Shown here piece after piece: positions 9,594 to 19,896 of a stretch of DNA of 64,000 bases. Under the pieces are notes generated by a model. It did no database searches, was not told the DNA's origin, and worked only from the letters and a program-made list of their open reading frames with translations. The stretch is from the NCBI GenBank assembly GCA_046483495.1, contig JAWODC010000090.1, forward strand, positions 32,001 to 96,000, given 5' to 3'. This DNA comes from Desulfobacterales bacterium. Its GTDB lineage: Bacteria > Desulfobacterota > Desulfobacteria > Desulfobacterales > UBA5616. The position numbers were made by a program, and so were the translations under genes. How positions within the stretch are numbered: the first letter of the stretch is position 1; the number at the start of each line of letters is the position of its first letter.

Positions 9594-11408
9594 TCAGTAT
9601 TCAAGTTCCAAAAAACGGTTGTTGCGGATCTTCAAAAGATACAACCGTTTTCGTGCTTCACCCGTGTCGGTAAACGCCGTCAGTCCGGTGACCCCCTCGT
9701 AGTAAGGCATGCGGGCCAGGGCATCCTTTACTTCACTCCTGAGCGACATCGTATTTTCCGCCAATTGCGTAAACAGCATCATCGCGGTGTCATAGGAAAC
9801 GGCTTCTATGAAACCGGGGTCTTCCCCGTACGTGTTTCGATAATCGGAGACAAAGGCTTTCACAAGTGCCGATCGGCTGCCGACGAAAAAACCCTCCGTT
9901 AAAACGGCATTTTGGGCGTAACGTCCCGCCATTTTAATCAACTCATCCGAATGCCATAGATTTGTCCCCAAAAGAACCACATTTTCAACATCGTAATAAA
10001 GCAGCTGAGGAATGATCAACCCGGCCTTTTTAGGGGCATCCGGAAGAAAAAGGGCGTCGAAATCGACCGTAGGAAGGTCCTCTTCATTCGATTCATCCAA
10101 TGGGTCCGGCTCTTCGTTGGACACATCCGGCGACCCCGCACCGGGTTTTATATCTTCCGGAAGATCATAGTACGAGCCCGCCAACTTTCTAATCGGCGCT
10201 TCAAAATCCGTTTGGTCCAATTCATAGGATTCCGCACCGACCACTTCCCCGCCGTTTCGAAGCACTTCTTCCCAGAAGTAATTCATGAAAGACACGCCGT
10301 ATTTTTCTTTCGGATAGAGAATGGCAAACCGGCGGGCGCCAAGCTCATTGACAGCGTAGGAAACGAGGGTCTCAACCTGCATCCCGGGAGTGATGAAGTT
10401 TCGGAAAACAAAGTCTCCGGCCTCGGGAACACCGTCCATATGGGATAAGGCGATCATCGGAATGCCGTTTTCCTGGGCTGCCGCCGCTGCCGAATCGGCG
10501 GTGGCGATCGGGCCGATAATACAGGCGGCTTTTTCTTCCACCAGCTCCAAAACACAATTACGGGCCGTTTCCGCGTCGGATCGCGTGTCTTTGACAATGA
10601 TATTATAGTTGATTTGACGGATTTCGGAAAAGCGGTTCAAGGCCATCTCGATGCCCTTGAGCGCCCTGTTTCCGTAAACCTCGTAGGCCCCGCTCAAGGG
10701 CAGCAGGCATCCGATGGTGTCGGTTCGAATCGATTTTTCCTTGTAAATGGATTGCACCAGCTCAACATCTCTCGGATCTTTGAGCCTCAATGACAGCATG
10801 TGAAGATCCTCTGCAGACAGGGCGGAAACGACACTTTCAAGCCGGTCCATGACGGTCTGCCTTCCCAATGGCGATGATGCATGTCCTAAGGCGTTGACAT
10901 ACGCGTACGCCGCTTCGACAGGGGCATCCAAGGCAACGAAGGCATCCCCGACCAGGGTGGAAATTCTCATGATATGAATCGGTGTAAAGGCGGCACTCGG
11001 CAACTGAGACGATTGCTGGATCAGTTCGATATAGTTTTCCTGCCTGTACAGCATCGACAGCATTTCGACCCCGGCATCCGGCGCATAAACGGTATCCGGG
11101 TATGCCGATAAAATCCGTTCATATGCGTTGTAGGCCAGGGTGAAATCATTCCGAAGTTCATATATCCGGCCCATTTTCATCAGTGCAGCCGGAGCAAAGG
11201 GGGCATCGGGAAAGTGTTGGACAACGGCTGCGTATTGCGCAAGGGCTGCCTCGTAGTCGCCTTGTTGAAAGCGTTTTTCAGCCGCTGAAAACCGGTCTAA
11301 ACCCGTGTCAACGGGCGGAGCCGGTTTTTGGACAAGAGCGGGGCCGCAGCCGATTAATCCTAAAAAAATGATGTATAAAACCCCTGAACACAAACGTCTG
11401 AATGCCAT
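9594..11408 (-). CDS. LpoA-like lipoprotein: TPR domain plus type I periplasmic-binding domain (PBP activator-like)
   Basis: Lipobox LIGC; TPR-like helices (AALMKMGRIY); C-terminal domain with IGCLLPLSG, IIGP, FDALFLPD and YEGVTG. Confidence 0.8.
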   Translation of the reverse strand: MAFRRLCSGVLYIIFLGLIGCGPALVQKPAPPVDTGLDRFSAAEKRFQQGDYEAALAQYAAVVQHFPDAPFAPAALMKMGRIYELRNDFTLAYNAYERILSAYPDTVYAPDAGVEMLSMLYRQENYIELIQQSSQLPSAAFTPIHIMRISTLVGDAFVALDAPVEAAYAYVNALGHASSPLGRQTVMDRLESVVSALSAEDLHMLSLRLKDPRDVELVQSIYKEKSIRTDTIGCLLPLSGAYEVYGNRALKGIEMALNRFSEIRQINYNIIVKDTRSDAETARNCVLELVEEKAACIIGPIATADSAAAAAQENGIPMIALSHMDGVPEAGDFVFRNFITPGMQVETLVSYAVNELGARRFAILYPKEKYGVSFMNYFWEEVLRNGGEVVGAESYELDQTDFEAPIRKLAGSYYDLPEDIKPGAGSPDVSNEEPDPLDESNEEDLPTVDFDALFLPDAPKKAGLIIPQLLYYDVENVVLLGTNLWHSDELIKMAGRYAQNAVLTEGFFVGSRSALVKAFVSDYRNTYGEDPGFIEAVSYDTAMMLFTQLAENTMSLRSEVKDALARMPYYEGVTGLTAFTDTGEARKRLYLLKIRNNRFLELEY

Positions 11409-11608
11409 TTTTCGTCCTATCTTTGCCGCTTAAAAATAACCTGCGCCGAAATCGGATAAGAGGAAAACCGACGAGGCTGTAGGGAAAAAGATCCTCAAGC
11501 GATCGAGTACGGCGGGAATTCACCGAAAATCCCGGCCCGTCCGAAGTCGACCTTTATATACACCAGGATATTCGTGTTTCACAACCCCTTTTAGTAGAAG
11601 GGCTTAAT

Positions 11609-11755
11609 TCGGGTCCATCCAGAAACGGCTGATTCGCTCCATTTCGGCGTTGGCCGAAAAATTTTAATCCTCAAAATACATTATGTATTCCTGCGGTTAA
11701 AATTTACCGGCCGCCTTGAACTGAATCGAATTTTCTCATTTCCGGATAGACACGA
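11609..11755 (+). repeat. Palindromic ~147-bp element, terminus type A (copy 1)
   Basis: GTCCATCCAGAAACGGCTGATTCG ... CTCATTTCCGGATAGAC; near-identical to the copies at 30504-30651 and 41367-41513. Confidence 0.9.
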
Positions 11756-11817
11756 ATCCATCGGCGGCCATTATTTTATTTACAAAGACGCCGATCCATT
11801 TTAAATTGGCAGAAGGT

Positions 11818-11846
11818 TCTCAAAATAAATGATCTCAAAATAAATG
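11818..11846 (+). repeat. Tandem 14-bp direct repeat
   Basis: TCTCAAAATAAATG-A-TCTCAAAATAAATG. Confidence 0.8.
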
Positions 11847-11870
11847 GTTTTGCTTATCCGGACTCGAGGC

Positions 11871-12122
11871 GTGAAATCCACCGACGATAACGATTTTGTA
11901 AAAATTGCCGTTCTCGACAACATCATCGAGGCGCAAATGGTTATGTCCTTGCTCGACGAAGAAAATATTCCCTATTTGTTCCGATCCTTTCACGACACCG
12001 CCTATAACGGCCTGTTTCAGTTCCAGAAAGGGTACGGCGAAATTTCAGCTCCCAAAAAATTTGAAACAGATATACGTGAGATCATTGCACACATCAAGGC
12101 CGCCGGGGCAACCCGGCAATAG
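11871..12122 (+). CDS. Small DUF2007-like (putative signal-transducing) protein
   Basis: Pattern LDNIIEAQMVMSLLDEENIPY..RSFHDTAYNGLFQ..KGYG. GTG start after GAGG is assumed. Confidence 0.7.
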   Translation: MKSTDDNDFVKIAVLDNIIEAQMVMSLLDEENIPYLFRSFHDTAYNGLFQFQKGYGEISAPKKFETDIREIIAHIKAAGATRQ

Positions 12123-12160
12123 CCTCCCCAAGTGAACTGCCTGAGAAAAGGAGGTAAAAT

Positions 12161-13450
12161 ATGCCTGTAACGATCGATTCAACCACCTTCGACCGCGCAC
12201 TCAACGCCGGGCGACCGCCAAACGTGGCCAACCTGTTTCCCCATTCAAAGGCCCTGATTGTCAGCGGCAAATTTATCGACCGCGCCATGCTTGCCAAAGG
12301 CGGCGCGATTGCCATAGCCGCCAATGGACGCAATTATTTTGTCATTCGGGGCGCCCTGATCGCCGCTCAGCAGGCGAATTCCTGCCTTATCATCGAAATT
12401 GCGAAATCGGAAGGCGGCGCTAATGCGTATTGCGCGGTCAACTTTTGGAATATCGCCCGCATCGTGAATGCGCTTTGCAATGAACTGCACATCACGGTCC
12501 CCGTGGCCGTTCATGCGGATCATTACGGCATCAAAAACGATCAGGATATCGAAACGGCAAAAACCGAAATACCCTCTATGTTCGATGCCGGCATCACGTC
12601 CATCGCCATTGATGCTTCCCATATGACGGACGACAAAAACCTGCTGGCCGGTATTATGCTGAATCCGTATGTCCCCGCCTGGGCGGGACTTGAAACGGAA
12701 GTTGGTGAAATAAAAGGAAAGACCGGTCTTTCCACAGTCGAGGAGGCCCTGTTTTTGATCCAGGGGCTTAATGCCCATACGATTTTTCCCGATTGGATCG
12801 CCCTGAACAACGGCACCACCCACGGCATCGAGGCCGGCGAATTCGGAATTCAAGTGGATTTAACAACACAAATCCACGATGCCCTTCGTGATTATCATGT
12901 TTCCGGAGCCCAGCATGGGACATCGGGAAACAGTTCTCAGCGGTTGCGTGAAATCGCCTCCCGTACCCGGACCACCAAGGCGAATGTCGCGACATCGCTT
13001 CAGATGATCTCGTGGGGACTCGAAGTCAACGATTACGGAAATGCCATCCTCGATGATCAGGGGCGGTTTAAAAAGCTCCTCGATGCGGGCGTCTCCGAAT
13101 CGATGTGGGCCGAAATGGAAGCGTATGCCGACGCCCACTCCTTGAAGGCCGGCGACTACAAAAAGTTAAACATTGTTTTTGAAAACAAACTGTTGGGCCA
13201 GCCCAAGGCTGTCCGGGAGCGTATGACAAGCCGCGTCGCGGACTTCGTGTATAATCTGCTGGTAAACGTTTTCAATTCCCGGGATACGGCTCCGCTTGCC
13301 ATCGAACATATCCTGGATACGGGAATATATGATCCCGGTCCCAAGGCCGAACGCCTGGCGGATCCGAACGATTGGACACCTGCAAAAATCAGGGAGGGGG
13401 CATTGCGCATCGTCAGCGATAAAGGAGAGGCAGGAACTTTTGACGACTAG
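12161..13450 (+). CDS. fba: Class II fructose-bisphosphate aldolase
   Basis: Motifs VHADHY, IDASH, ETEVGEI, NNGTTHG and AQHGTSG; strong RBS AAGGAGGT. Confidence 0.9.
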   Translation: MPVTIDSTTFDRALNAGRPPNVANLFPHSKALIVSGKFIDRAMLAKGGAIAIAANGRNYFVIRGALIAAQQANSCLIIEIAKSEGGANAYCAVNFWNIARIVNALCNELHITVPVAVHADHYGIKNDQDIETAKTEIPSMFDAGITSIAIDASHMTDDKNLLAGIMLNPYVPAWAGLETEVGEIKGKTGLSTVEEALFLIQGLNAHTIFPDWIALNNGTTHGIEAGEFGIQVDLTTQIHDALRDYHVSGAQHGTSGNSSQRLREIASRTRTTKANVATSLQMISWGLEVNDYGNAILDDQGRFKKLLDAGVSESMWAEMEAYADAHSLKAGDYKKLNIVFENKLLGQPKAVRERMTSRVADFVYNLLVNVFNSRDTAPLAIEHILDTGIYDPGPKAERLADPNDWTPAKIREGALRIVSDKGEAGTFDD

Positions 13451-13970
13451 CCTATCCATCTATCTGCGCCCTATATCCTACTGTCATTTTTGCGGAAAAC
13501 GCCTTATCCGGAAAACCGTTGACGGCTATGAACGGTTGTTTTGCACTGCGTGCGGCATTCCGATTTATCAAAACCCCGTGCCTGCTACATGCGTTGTAGT
13601 CGTCGAGGAGGAGAACAACCTGCTCCTTGTGAAAAGAAGCGTCGAACCACGAATCGGTGAATGGTGCCTGCCGGGGGGATTTGTTGAATTGGGGGAGTTT
13701 CCGGATAAATCCGCACTGAGAGAACTGAAAGAGGAAACCGGATTATCAGGCTCGGCGATAAAGCTCCTTGGTGTTTCCACCAACCCCAGTATTCAATACC
13801 ATTCCATCCTCATGATCGGTTATCTCATCCGTCGATTCTCCGGAACACCCGTTGCCGGGGATGATGCCGCCGAAGTCGGGTGGTTTCCGTTAAACGACCT
13901 GCCGGAAATCGCCTTCGACAGCCATCGCCGATTCGTCCGGCAGTACCGGAACATGAAGCACCCGGCATAG
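13440..13970 (+). CDS. NUDIX hydrolase with N-terminal zinc ribbon
   Basis: CHFCG...CTACG.PIYQNP; Nudix box GGFVELGE...ALRELKEETG. TTG start after AAGGAGAGG is assumed. Confidence 0.88.
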   Translation: MTTSLSIYLRPISYCHFCGKRLIRKTVDGYERLFCTACGIPIYQNPVPATCVVVVEEENNLLLVKRSVEPRIGEWCLPGGFVELGEFPDKSALRELKEETGLSGSAIKLLGVSTNPSIQYHSILMIGYLIRRFSGTPVAGDDAAEVGWFPLNDLPEIAFDSHRRFVRQYRNMKHPA

Positions 13971-14068
13971 CTCAATGAAAAAGCCGGAGAAAACGGCGTC
14001 TTCCGTTGACCTTCCATACCCTCGGGCCGGACCGGCAGCCGGAGGCGGGCGGAACCCATCGACGGGTT

Positions 14069-14860
14069 CTATCCGAGCGCTTTTTTCGCTTCCCCCCAGA
14101 GGCGCTCCAACTGATCCCGGGGAACGTTATCAAGCCTGAGATTCTTTTTCCGAAGCTCTTTTTCCATAAACCGGAACCGCTTCTCGAATTTTTTCGTGGA
14201 GGCGGACAACGCCGTTTCGGGATGAATGCGGGCAAAACGGGCCACATTCACCAATGTGAACACGATATCCCCGAATTCCAGCATGAGTTTGTTCTTGCCG
14301 GATTTCTTCTCTTTCTCCAGCTCGGTTTTGAATTCAGCCCATTCCTCTTCTGTTTTTTCAATTACGCCGCCTATATCATCCCAGTCAAATCCACAGCCGG
14401 CGGCACGGTCCGAAATACGATACGCACGCATCAATGCAGGAAGCTTGCGCGGGACGGAGTCGAGAACGGATGGCTTCCTCCGGTCCTCCGGATGCTCCAT
14501 CGCCTTTATTCTGCGCCATTGTTCTTTTACCTCTCCAGCGGTTTCCACGGAAGCATCACCGAACACATGCGGATGACGGTGAATCATTTTTTCCCGGATT
14601 TTTTTTGTGACATCCGCCAACGTGAAATCCCCGGACGCGCCATACAGGCTGACGATAAACAACAGCTGAAACAAAACATCCCCCAATTCCTCACAGATGT
14701 CGGCGATAGAACCCGATTCGATGGCCTCGACCAGTTCGTATACTTCCTCAACCAGATAAACGGCCATGCTTTGGGGCGTTTGTTTTCGATCCCAGGGACA
14801 GCCCTTGTCCCCTCGAAGCGTCTCGATAAGATGAATCAGGTCGGATATGCCGGATGTCAT
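14069..14860 (-). CDS. mazG: Nucleoside triphosphate pyrophosphohydrolase MazG
   Basis: Motifs GCPWDRKQT, EEVYEL, EELGDVLFQ, RHPHVFG and GFDW. Confidence 0.95.
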   Translation of the reverse strand: MTSGISDLIHLIETLRGDKGCPWDRKQTPQSMAVYLVEEVYELVEAIESGSIADICEELGDVLFQLLFIVSLYGASGDFTLADVTKKIREKMIHRHPHVFGDASVETAGEVKEQWRRIKAMEHPEDRRKPSVLDSVPRKLPALMRAYRISDRAAGCGFDWDDIGGVIEKTEEEWAEFKTELEKEKKSGKNKLMLEFGDIVFTLVNVARFARIHPETALSASTKKFEKRFRFMEKELRKKNLRLDNVPRDQLERLWGEAKKALG

Positions 14861-15393
14861 ACGGTGTGCTTTCCGGTTTGCCAGGATTTTTTCAAGGCGT
14901 CAAATTTGCTCCTGAACTCTTTTTTCATATCATCCGGCACAATCAAAACGAATTTCTCGGAAATCACCATCGCATGCCGGGCCAACTGAGATTCCCGGAT
15001 AATTACAGTTCCTTTTGGGAGAAATGTGGTCAACATGAAAACGATAACGGAAACGATGAGAATTCCCTTAATGAACCCGAATCCGGATCCGAAAATACGG
15101 TCGAACCATCCCAGATGGGCGATTTTCAGGACATATTTGATCAGCACCCCAATAGCGGCAACGAGAATGAGCACAAAAAAGAATATCAGCAAAAAACCCA
15201 GAATATGGCGGTACGCCGGGTTGGATATCCACTTTGAAAACAGGCTTCCCACATGCGAATAGTAGGTGTAAGCACCGTATAAACCGGCGATTACACCGGT
15301 GATGGACGCCAGCTCCTTAACCAATCCCCGGAAAATACCCCGTATAAGACAGAATCCAACGATCACCAATATGATAATATCCAGTGGGTTCAT
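14857..15393 (-). CDS. cvpA: CvpA family membrane protein
   Basis: MNPLDIIIL...RGIFRGLVKE and LGWFDRIFGSGFG; ATGA overlap with mazG. Confidence 0.88.
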   Translation of the reverse strand: MNPLDIIILVIVGFCLIRGIFRGLVKELASITGVIAGLYGAYTYYSHVGSLFSKWISNPAYRHILGFLLIFFFVLILVAAIGVLIKYVLKIAHLGWFDRIFGSGFGFIKGILIVSVIVFMLTTFLPKGTVIIRESQLARHAMVISEKFVLIVPDDMKKEFRSKFDALKKSWQTGKHTV

Positions 15394-15931
15394 AGGCTGT
15401 GTATGGGTCTGGATGGGTGCAAGCACCATCCGTTGTTGCTCAGGCGCCTTCATAAGCGCCGAATGCGGAAATGAATCACGGCATTCGGCGGACGTTACCA
15501 AAATAAATCGCCCCTCGTCAAGGTGTTTTTCCCCCTTCCCGGATTGCCCCATCAAGCCCGCCCGGCGGCGGCAAATGGAACCGGCATCGCCGCAAAGCCA
15601 ATCCGCTCCGCCTCGAAAAAAAAACCCGATAACCCTTGAAAAAATAAAATCATTCCTTATTATTCACAAGACGCTCGAATTGCGGGACGCCGGATTATTT
15701 GAATTCGGCTTTCGGGTCTTACATCGAACCGGGACGTCATAACTCCCGAAAGATGAATTTTTCATTTATTTATCCTGCGGATTCGACTAAACGCCCGGCT
15801 CGGTGCGTCGAAGTTCGGCCGGCCTTTATTTGGTGTTTGATTTCTTTTTTCAACGTGTGTTATAGGTTGAATTCTCCGAAATGGAGAACTCCGCCTGCTG
15901 TCGGAAAAATGGACAGGCGGAATCCGATAAT

Positions 15932-16936
15932 ATGGCAGAAGAACAAAAACAAGATACCTTAAGCTTTTCAGACAATGAATCGGCCAGGCAACTGTTTGGG
16001 GAGCACAACAGCAATCTTCAACGGATTGCCGGTGCCTTCGGTGTCGACATCCATGCCAGAGGAAACATGGTGTTTATCAAAGGAGACACCGCCGGAAGCG
16101 AGCTGGCACGCAATGTACTGCAGCAGCTATACGGGTTGTTGAAAGAAGCTTATCCGATTTATTCTCCGGATGTTGACCACGCCATTCGAATTCTCAGTGC
16201 GGATCCTCGTGCCAAACTGAAGGACATTTTTCTCGACACCGTATTCATTACCTCAAAAAAACGACACATTACTCCGAAAAGCCGATCCCAGAAGGATTAT
16301 ATCGACGCCATTCGTTCGCATGACATGGTTTTCGGAATCGGACCCGCCGGAACCGGAAAAACGTATTTGGCCATGGCCATGGCGGTAGAGGCTCTGTCGA
16401 AGGCAAAGGTCAGCCGTATCATTTTGACCCGGCCGGCCGTGGAAGCCGGTGAAGCGCTGGGGTTTTTGCCCGGAGATCTGGCTGAAAAAGTCGATCCTTA
16501 TCTACGGCCCCTGTACGATGCACTTCACGATATGATGCGATTCGAAAAAATATCCAATTTGATGCAGCAAGGCGTTATCGAAGTCGCACCATTGGCGTTT
16601 ATGCGGGGCAGAACCCTTAATGACGCCTTCGTTATTTTAGACGAAGCGCAAAATACCACATCGGAACAGATGAAGATGTTTTTGACACGAATCGGATTTT
16701 CATCCAAAGCCGTAATCACCGGCGATATCACCCAGACCGACCTTCCGAGCGGGAAACCATCGGGTTTGATCGAGTCCAAAAACATTTTGCAGGACATCGA
16801 AGGAATTCAATTTATTTATTTTTCAAAAATCGATGTGGTCCGACATAAACTGGTTCAAAAAATTATCAACGCCTATGAAGAACACGAGGCACGCCGCGAC
16901 CGCAAAGAGCAGATTTCACAGAACCCACTGATATGA
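15932..16936 (+). CDS. phoH: PhoH family ATPase (YbeZ)
   Basis: Motifs GPAGTGKT, RPAVEAGEALGFLPG, RGRTL and DEAQN. Confidence 0.95.
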   Translation: MAEEQKQDTLSFSDNESARQLFGEHNSNLQRIAGAFGVDIHARGNMVFIKGDTAGSELARNVLQQLYGLLKEAYPIYSPDVDHAIRILSADPRAKLKDIFLDTVFITSKKRHITPKSRSQKDYIDAIRSHDMVFGIGPAGTGKTYLAMAMAVEALSKAKVSRIILTRPAVEAGEALGFLPGDLAEKVDPYLRPLYDALHDMMRFEKISNLMQQGVIEVAPLAFMRGRTLNDAFVILDEAQNTTSEQMKMFLTRIGFSSKAVITGDITQTDLPSGKPSGLIESKNILQDIEGIQFIYFSKIDVVRHKLVQKIINAYEEHEARRDRKEQISQNPLI

Positions 16937-17008
16937 TGCGCATTTTTTTCATGTACTCCCTGTTTTGATGTCGTGTTGTGCATCGAAATGCGCGGATGAT
17001 AAAAGCCT

Positions 17009-19414
17009 ATGAAGCTTGAAAGAAACAAAGACGCTGTTCGAAAAGCGCTGGAAACGAGCAATTTTATCCGATTCGCCATGCTCCTTTTGATCACCGTCAT
17101 CTTCACTATCATTCTCTATCCGGACCTGGTCATGCAGGCAACCCATTATTCATTGGGGGATGTGGCGGAAAAGGACATAAAGTCTCCGATTGACTATTTC
17201 ATAGAGGACAGGGACGCAACACTCGAAAAGCGGAAGGCTGCCGAGGATCAGGTGCTGACTGTCTATGACTACAACTCCTCTCTTGCTTCGAAGCTGACCG
17301 GCAGGGTTTCCGATGCCTTCGAGCATTTGCGAAAAATGATATCGGCCGGTGAGCCTCCTGCAGAATCACCCCTGTTGGAAAATCCCAAACAGCCGGGTTC
17401 AGGCTTATACTCCGAACAGATTACCGAAGGCGACAGGGCCCCTAAGGCGATTTTCGAAGAAAAACTCGGCATGTCCATCAGCGAAGGGGCCTTCACCATC
17501 CTTGAAAAGGAAGGGTTCTCCGCAGACATCAGCCAACTGATCAACCGCATTTTAATCGAAATTTTGCATAACGGCGTTGTCACGAACAAGGAGCTTTTGT
17601 TAAACGAGTATGACAAGGGCATCATTCTTCGCGATATCGAGTCCCAAACCGAAAGGGTCGAGACGGGCTTGAAATCCTTCTACGGTCTCGATCAGGCCAA
17701 AGCGATGGTCCGTATTATCGGGCAACCGCTGTTGCGGAACGTCGGCTATACCGTGAGAAATCTTATCGTCGATTTTGCCCAGCGGTTCATCCAGCCGAAC
17801 ATTACACTGAATATCAATGAGACCGAACTGAGGAAGAACAACGCCGTCTCCCGGATAAGACCCATTATGTATAAAATCAAATCCGGAGAGATGCTGCTTA
17901 GAGAAGGTGAGCGGGTCACTGAATTCCAGCTCCTGAAATTAAGAGCCCTTCAGGATACCCTGCGCAACAAAAATCTCTTCAAAAACAGCATCGGCGGTGC
18001 CTCGATCATCCTGTCGGTGCTGCTCATCATTTATGTCTTATATGTGAATATCGAAAAGGATTCGGCGCTTCGCAACAATAAGAATCTGTTTTTTCTCTCC
18101 TGCATGCTCATTATGTTTTTTGTCTTCGCAAAATTTTCCGCCACTTTCATGGATACGATGATTCATGACACGACCTTGTCCATTCCGGCAAATATCACCA
18201 TTTTTGGAATACCGGCGGCAGCCGGCGCCATGGTGGTGTGCATCTTCATGGGTTTGAATCTTGCTGTGGCGTTTTCCCTGGTACTTTCACTTTCCATGGC
18301 GGCTTTGTTCCAAAATGGCTTTGTCGTTTTTCTGTATCATTTTCTGAACAGCATTATGGCCGCCTACTGGATTCAGGATTGCAGGGAGAGGAAGGCGTTT
18401 ATCAAGGCGGGACTCAAACTCGGGGTGCTGAACATCCTGCTGGTCACGGTATTCTCCATTTATGCCGACGAAACCTCCGGGTACCGGCTCCCATGGAGTT
18501 ACGCATTTGCATTTTTGGGCGGGATCGGCAGCGGCATCATCGTTTCCGGGCTCGCGCCTCTTATTGAAATTGCTTTCGGCTACAGCACGAATATCACACT
18601 GCTCGAATTAGCCAACCTGGAACGGCCGATTTTAAAGCGCCTGATGCTGGAGGCGCCGGGCACCTATCATCATTCCGTCATTGTCGGCTCCATGGTGGAA
18701 GCCGCCGCATCCGCCATCGGCGCCAATCCGCTTCTGGCCAAGGTATGCGGCTACTATCACGATATCGGCAAAATCAAGAAGCCGTTGTATTTCATTGAAA
18801 ACCAATCCAACGGCCCAAACCGGCACAATAAACTGGCACCTTCCATGTCCAGCCTCATCCTGATTTCCCATGTCAAAGAAGGCGTTGAAATCGCCAAAAA
18901 GCATAAACTGGGTCATAGCATTATCGAAACGATCAAACAGCATCACGGCACGAGCCTGATCACCTACTTTTACGAAAAAGCCAAGCAGATGAAAGGAAAA
19001 GATGCCGTAAAAATCGATGACTTCCGCTACCCCGGACCGAAACCCCAGACCGTCGAGGCGGGCCTCGTCATGCTGGCGGATGTGGTCGAGGCTTCCGCCA
19101 GAACGCTCGAGAACCCGACACCTTCACGAATTCAGGGGCATGTTCAAAATCTCATCAACAAGGTTTTTTCCGACGGGCAGCTCGATGCATGTGAACTGAC
19201 ATTGAAAGACCTTCACAATATTGCAAAAAGCTTCAATAAAATTCTAAACGGCATTTATCATCACCGCGTCGAATACTCGGAAAAGAGCCTCTTGAGCAAT
19301 GGAAAGGCCGTTAATGGGAGTACTGATCGACAACAGGCAAAAAAAATTCAAAGTGCCGATAAAGACACTAAGGTCGAAAACGCAGGCCGTCTTAAACGCC
19401 TTGGGTTGTCCTGA
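17009..19414 (+). CDS. 7TM-HD phosphohydrolase (PgpH-like cyclic-di-AMP phosphodiesterase family)
   Basis: Large extracytoplasmic domain and several TM helices; motifs APGTYHHS, YYHDIGK, QHHGT, FRYPGPKPQ and MLADVVEA. Confidence 0.9.
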   Translation: MKLERNKDAVRKALETSNFIRFAMLLLITVIFTIILYPDLVMQATHYSLGDVAEKDIKSPIDYFIEDRDATLEKRKAAEDQVLTVYDYNSSLASKLTGRVSDAFEHLRKMISAGEPPAESPLLENPKQPGSGLYSEQITEGDRAPKAIFEEKLGMSISEGAFTILEKEGFSADISQLINRILIEILHNGVVTNKELLLNEYDKGIILRDIESQTERVETGLKSFYGLDQAKAMVRIIGQPLLRNVGYTVRNLIVDFAQRFIQPNITLNINETELRKNNAVSRIRPIMYKIKSGEMLLREGERVTEFQLLKLRALQDTLRNKNLFKNSIGGASIILSVLLIIYVLYVNIEKDSALRNNKNLFFLSCMLIMFFVFAKFSATFMDTMIHDTTLSIPANITIFGIPAAAGAMVVCIFMGLNLAVAFSLVLSLSMAALFQNGFVVFLYHFLNSIMAAYWIQDCRERKAFIKAGLKLGVLNILLVTVFSIYADETSGYRLPWSYAFAFLGGIGSGIIVSGLAPLIEIAFGYSTNITLLELANLERPILKRLMLEAPGTYHHSVIVGSMVEAAASAIGANPLLAKVCGYYHDIGKIKKPLYFIENQSNGPNRHNKLAPSMSSLILISHVKEGVEIAKKHKLGHSIIETIKQHHGTSLITYFYEKAKQMKGKDAVKIDDFRYPGPKPQTVEAGLVMLADVVEASARTLENPTPSRIQGHVQNLINKVFSDGQLDACELTLKDLHNIAKSFNKILNGIYHHRVEYSEKSLLSNGKAVNGSTDRQQAKKIQSADKDTKVENAGRLKRLGLS

Positions 19415-19754
19415 CAAGGAATTATCCATGGTTATCACCGATGATGACGGCATACAACAGTTGAACAAGGCGTATCTTTTCAGGGATCGACCGACGAATG
19501 TGATTGCATTTCCCATGCAGGAAGGCGACTTCCCGCATGTTTCTCCGGATATGCTCGGCGATGTCGTGATCTCGGCCGAAACAGCGGCCAGAGAGGCCCA
19601 GAACGCCGGTATGGGTTTCATGGAGCGGTTCGATGAATTGGTTGTCCATGGGATACTGCATCTGCTGGGATATGATCACGAAAAAAACGAGAAAGAAGCT
19701 GCTGAAATGAGGAAAAAAAGCATCGAGATGCTCAAAGCCGTTTCCAGGTTATAA
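19314..19754 (+). CDS. ybeY: rRNA maturation endonuclease YbeY
   Basis: Motifs DRPTNVIAF, LGDVVIS and HGILHLLGYDH. Confidence 0.93.
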   Translation: MGVLIDNRQKKFKVPIKTLRSKTQAVLNALGCPDKELSMVITDDDGIQQLNKAYLFRDRPTNVIAFPMQEGDFPHVSPDMLGDVVISAETAAREAQNAGMGFMERFDELVVHGILHLLGYDHEKNEKEAAEMRKKSIEMLKAVSRL

Positions 19755-19896
19755 GCGGGCACCCCGATGAAAAACACGCGGCGGCAAAACGCGAGCTTGC
19801 GGTTTTTTTCATTTTCGATATCTTGTACCTACACAAAATCGGCTGTCGACGCCTGATTCACCGATCCCCTTGCCGGGATTTTTTTTGTTAAAGACT

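Noticed and set aside
11409..11600. SRP RNA or riboswitch upstream of the LpoA-like gene
   Set aside because: GC-rich hairpin potential only; no recognisable conserved motif.
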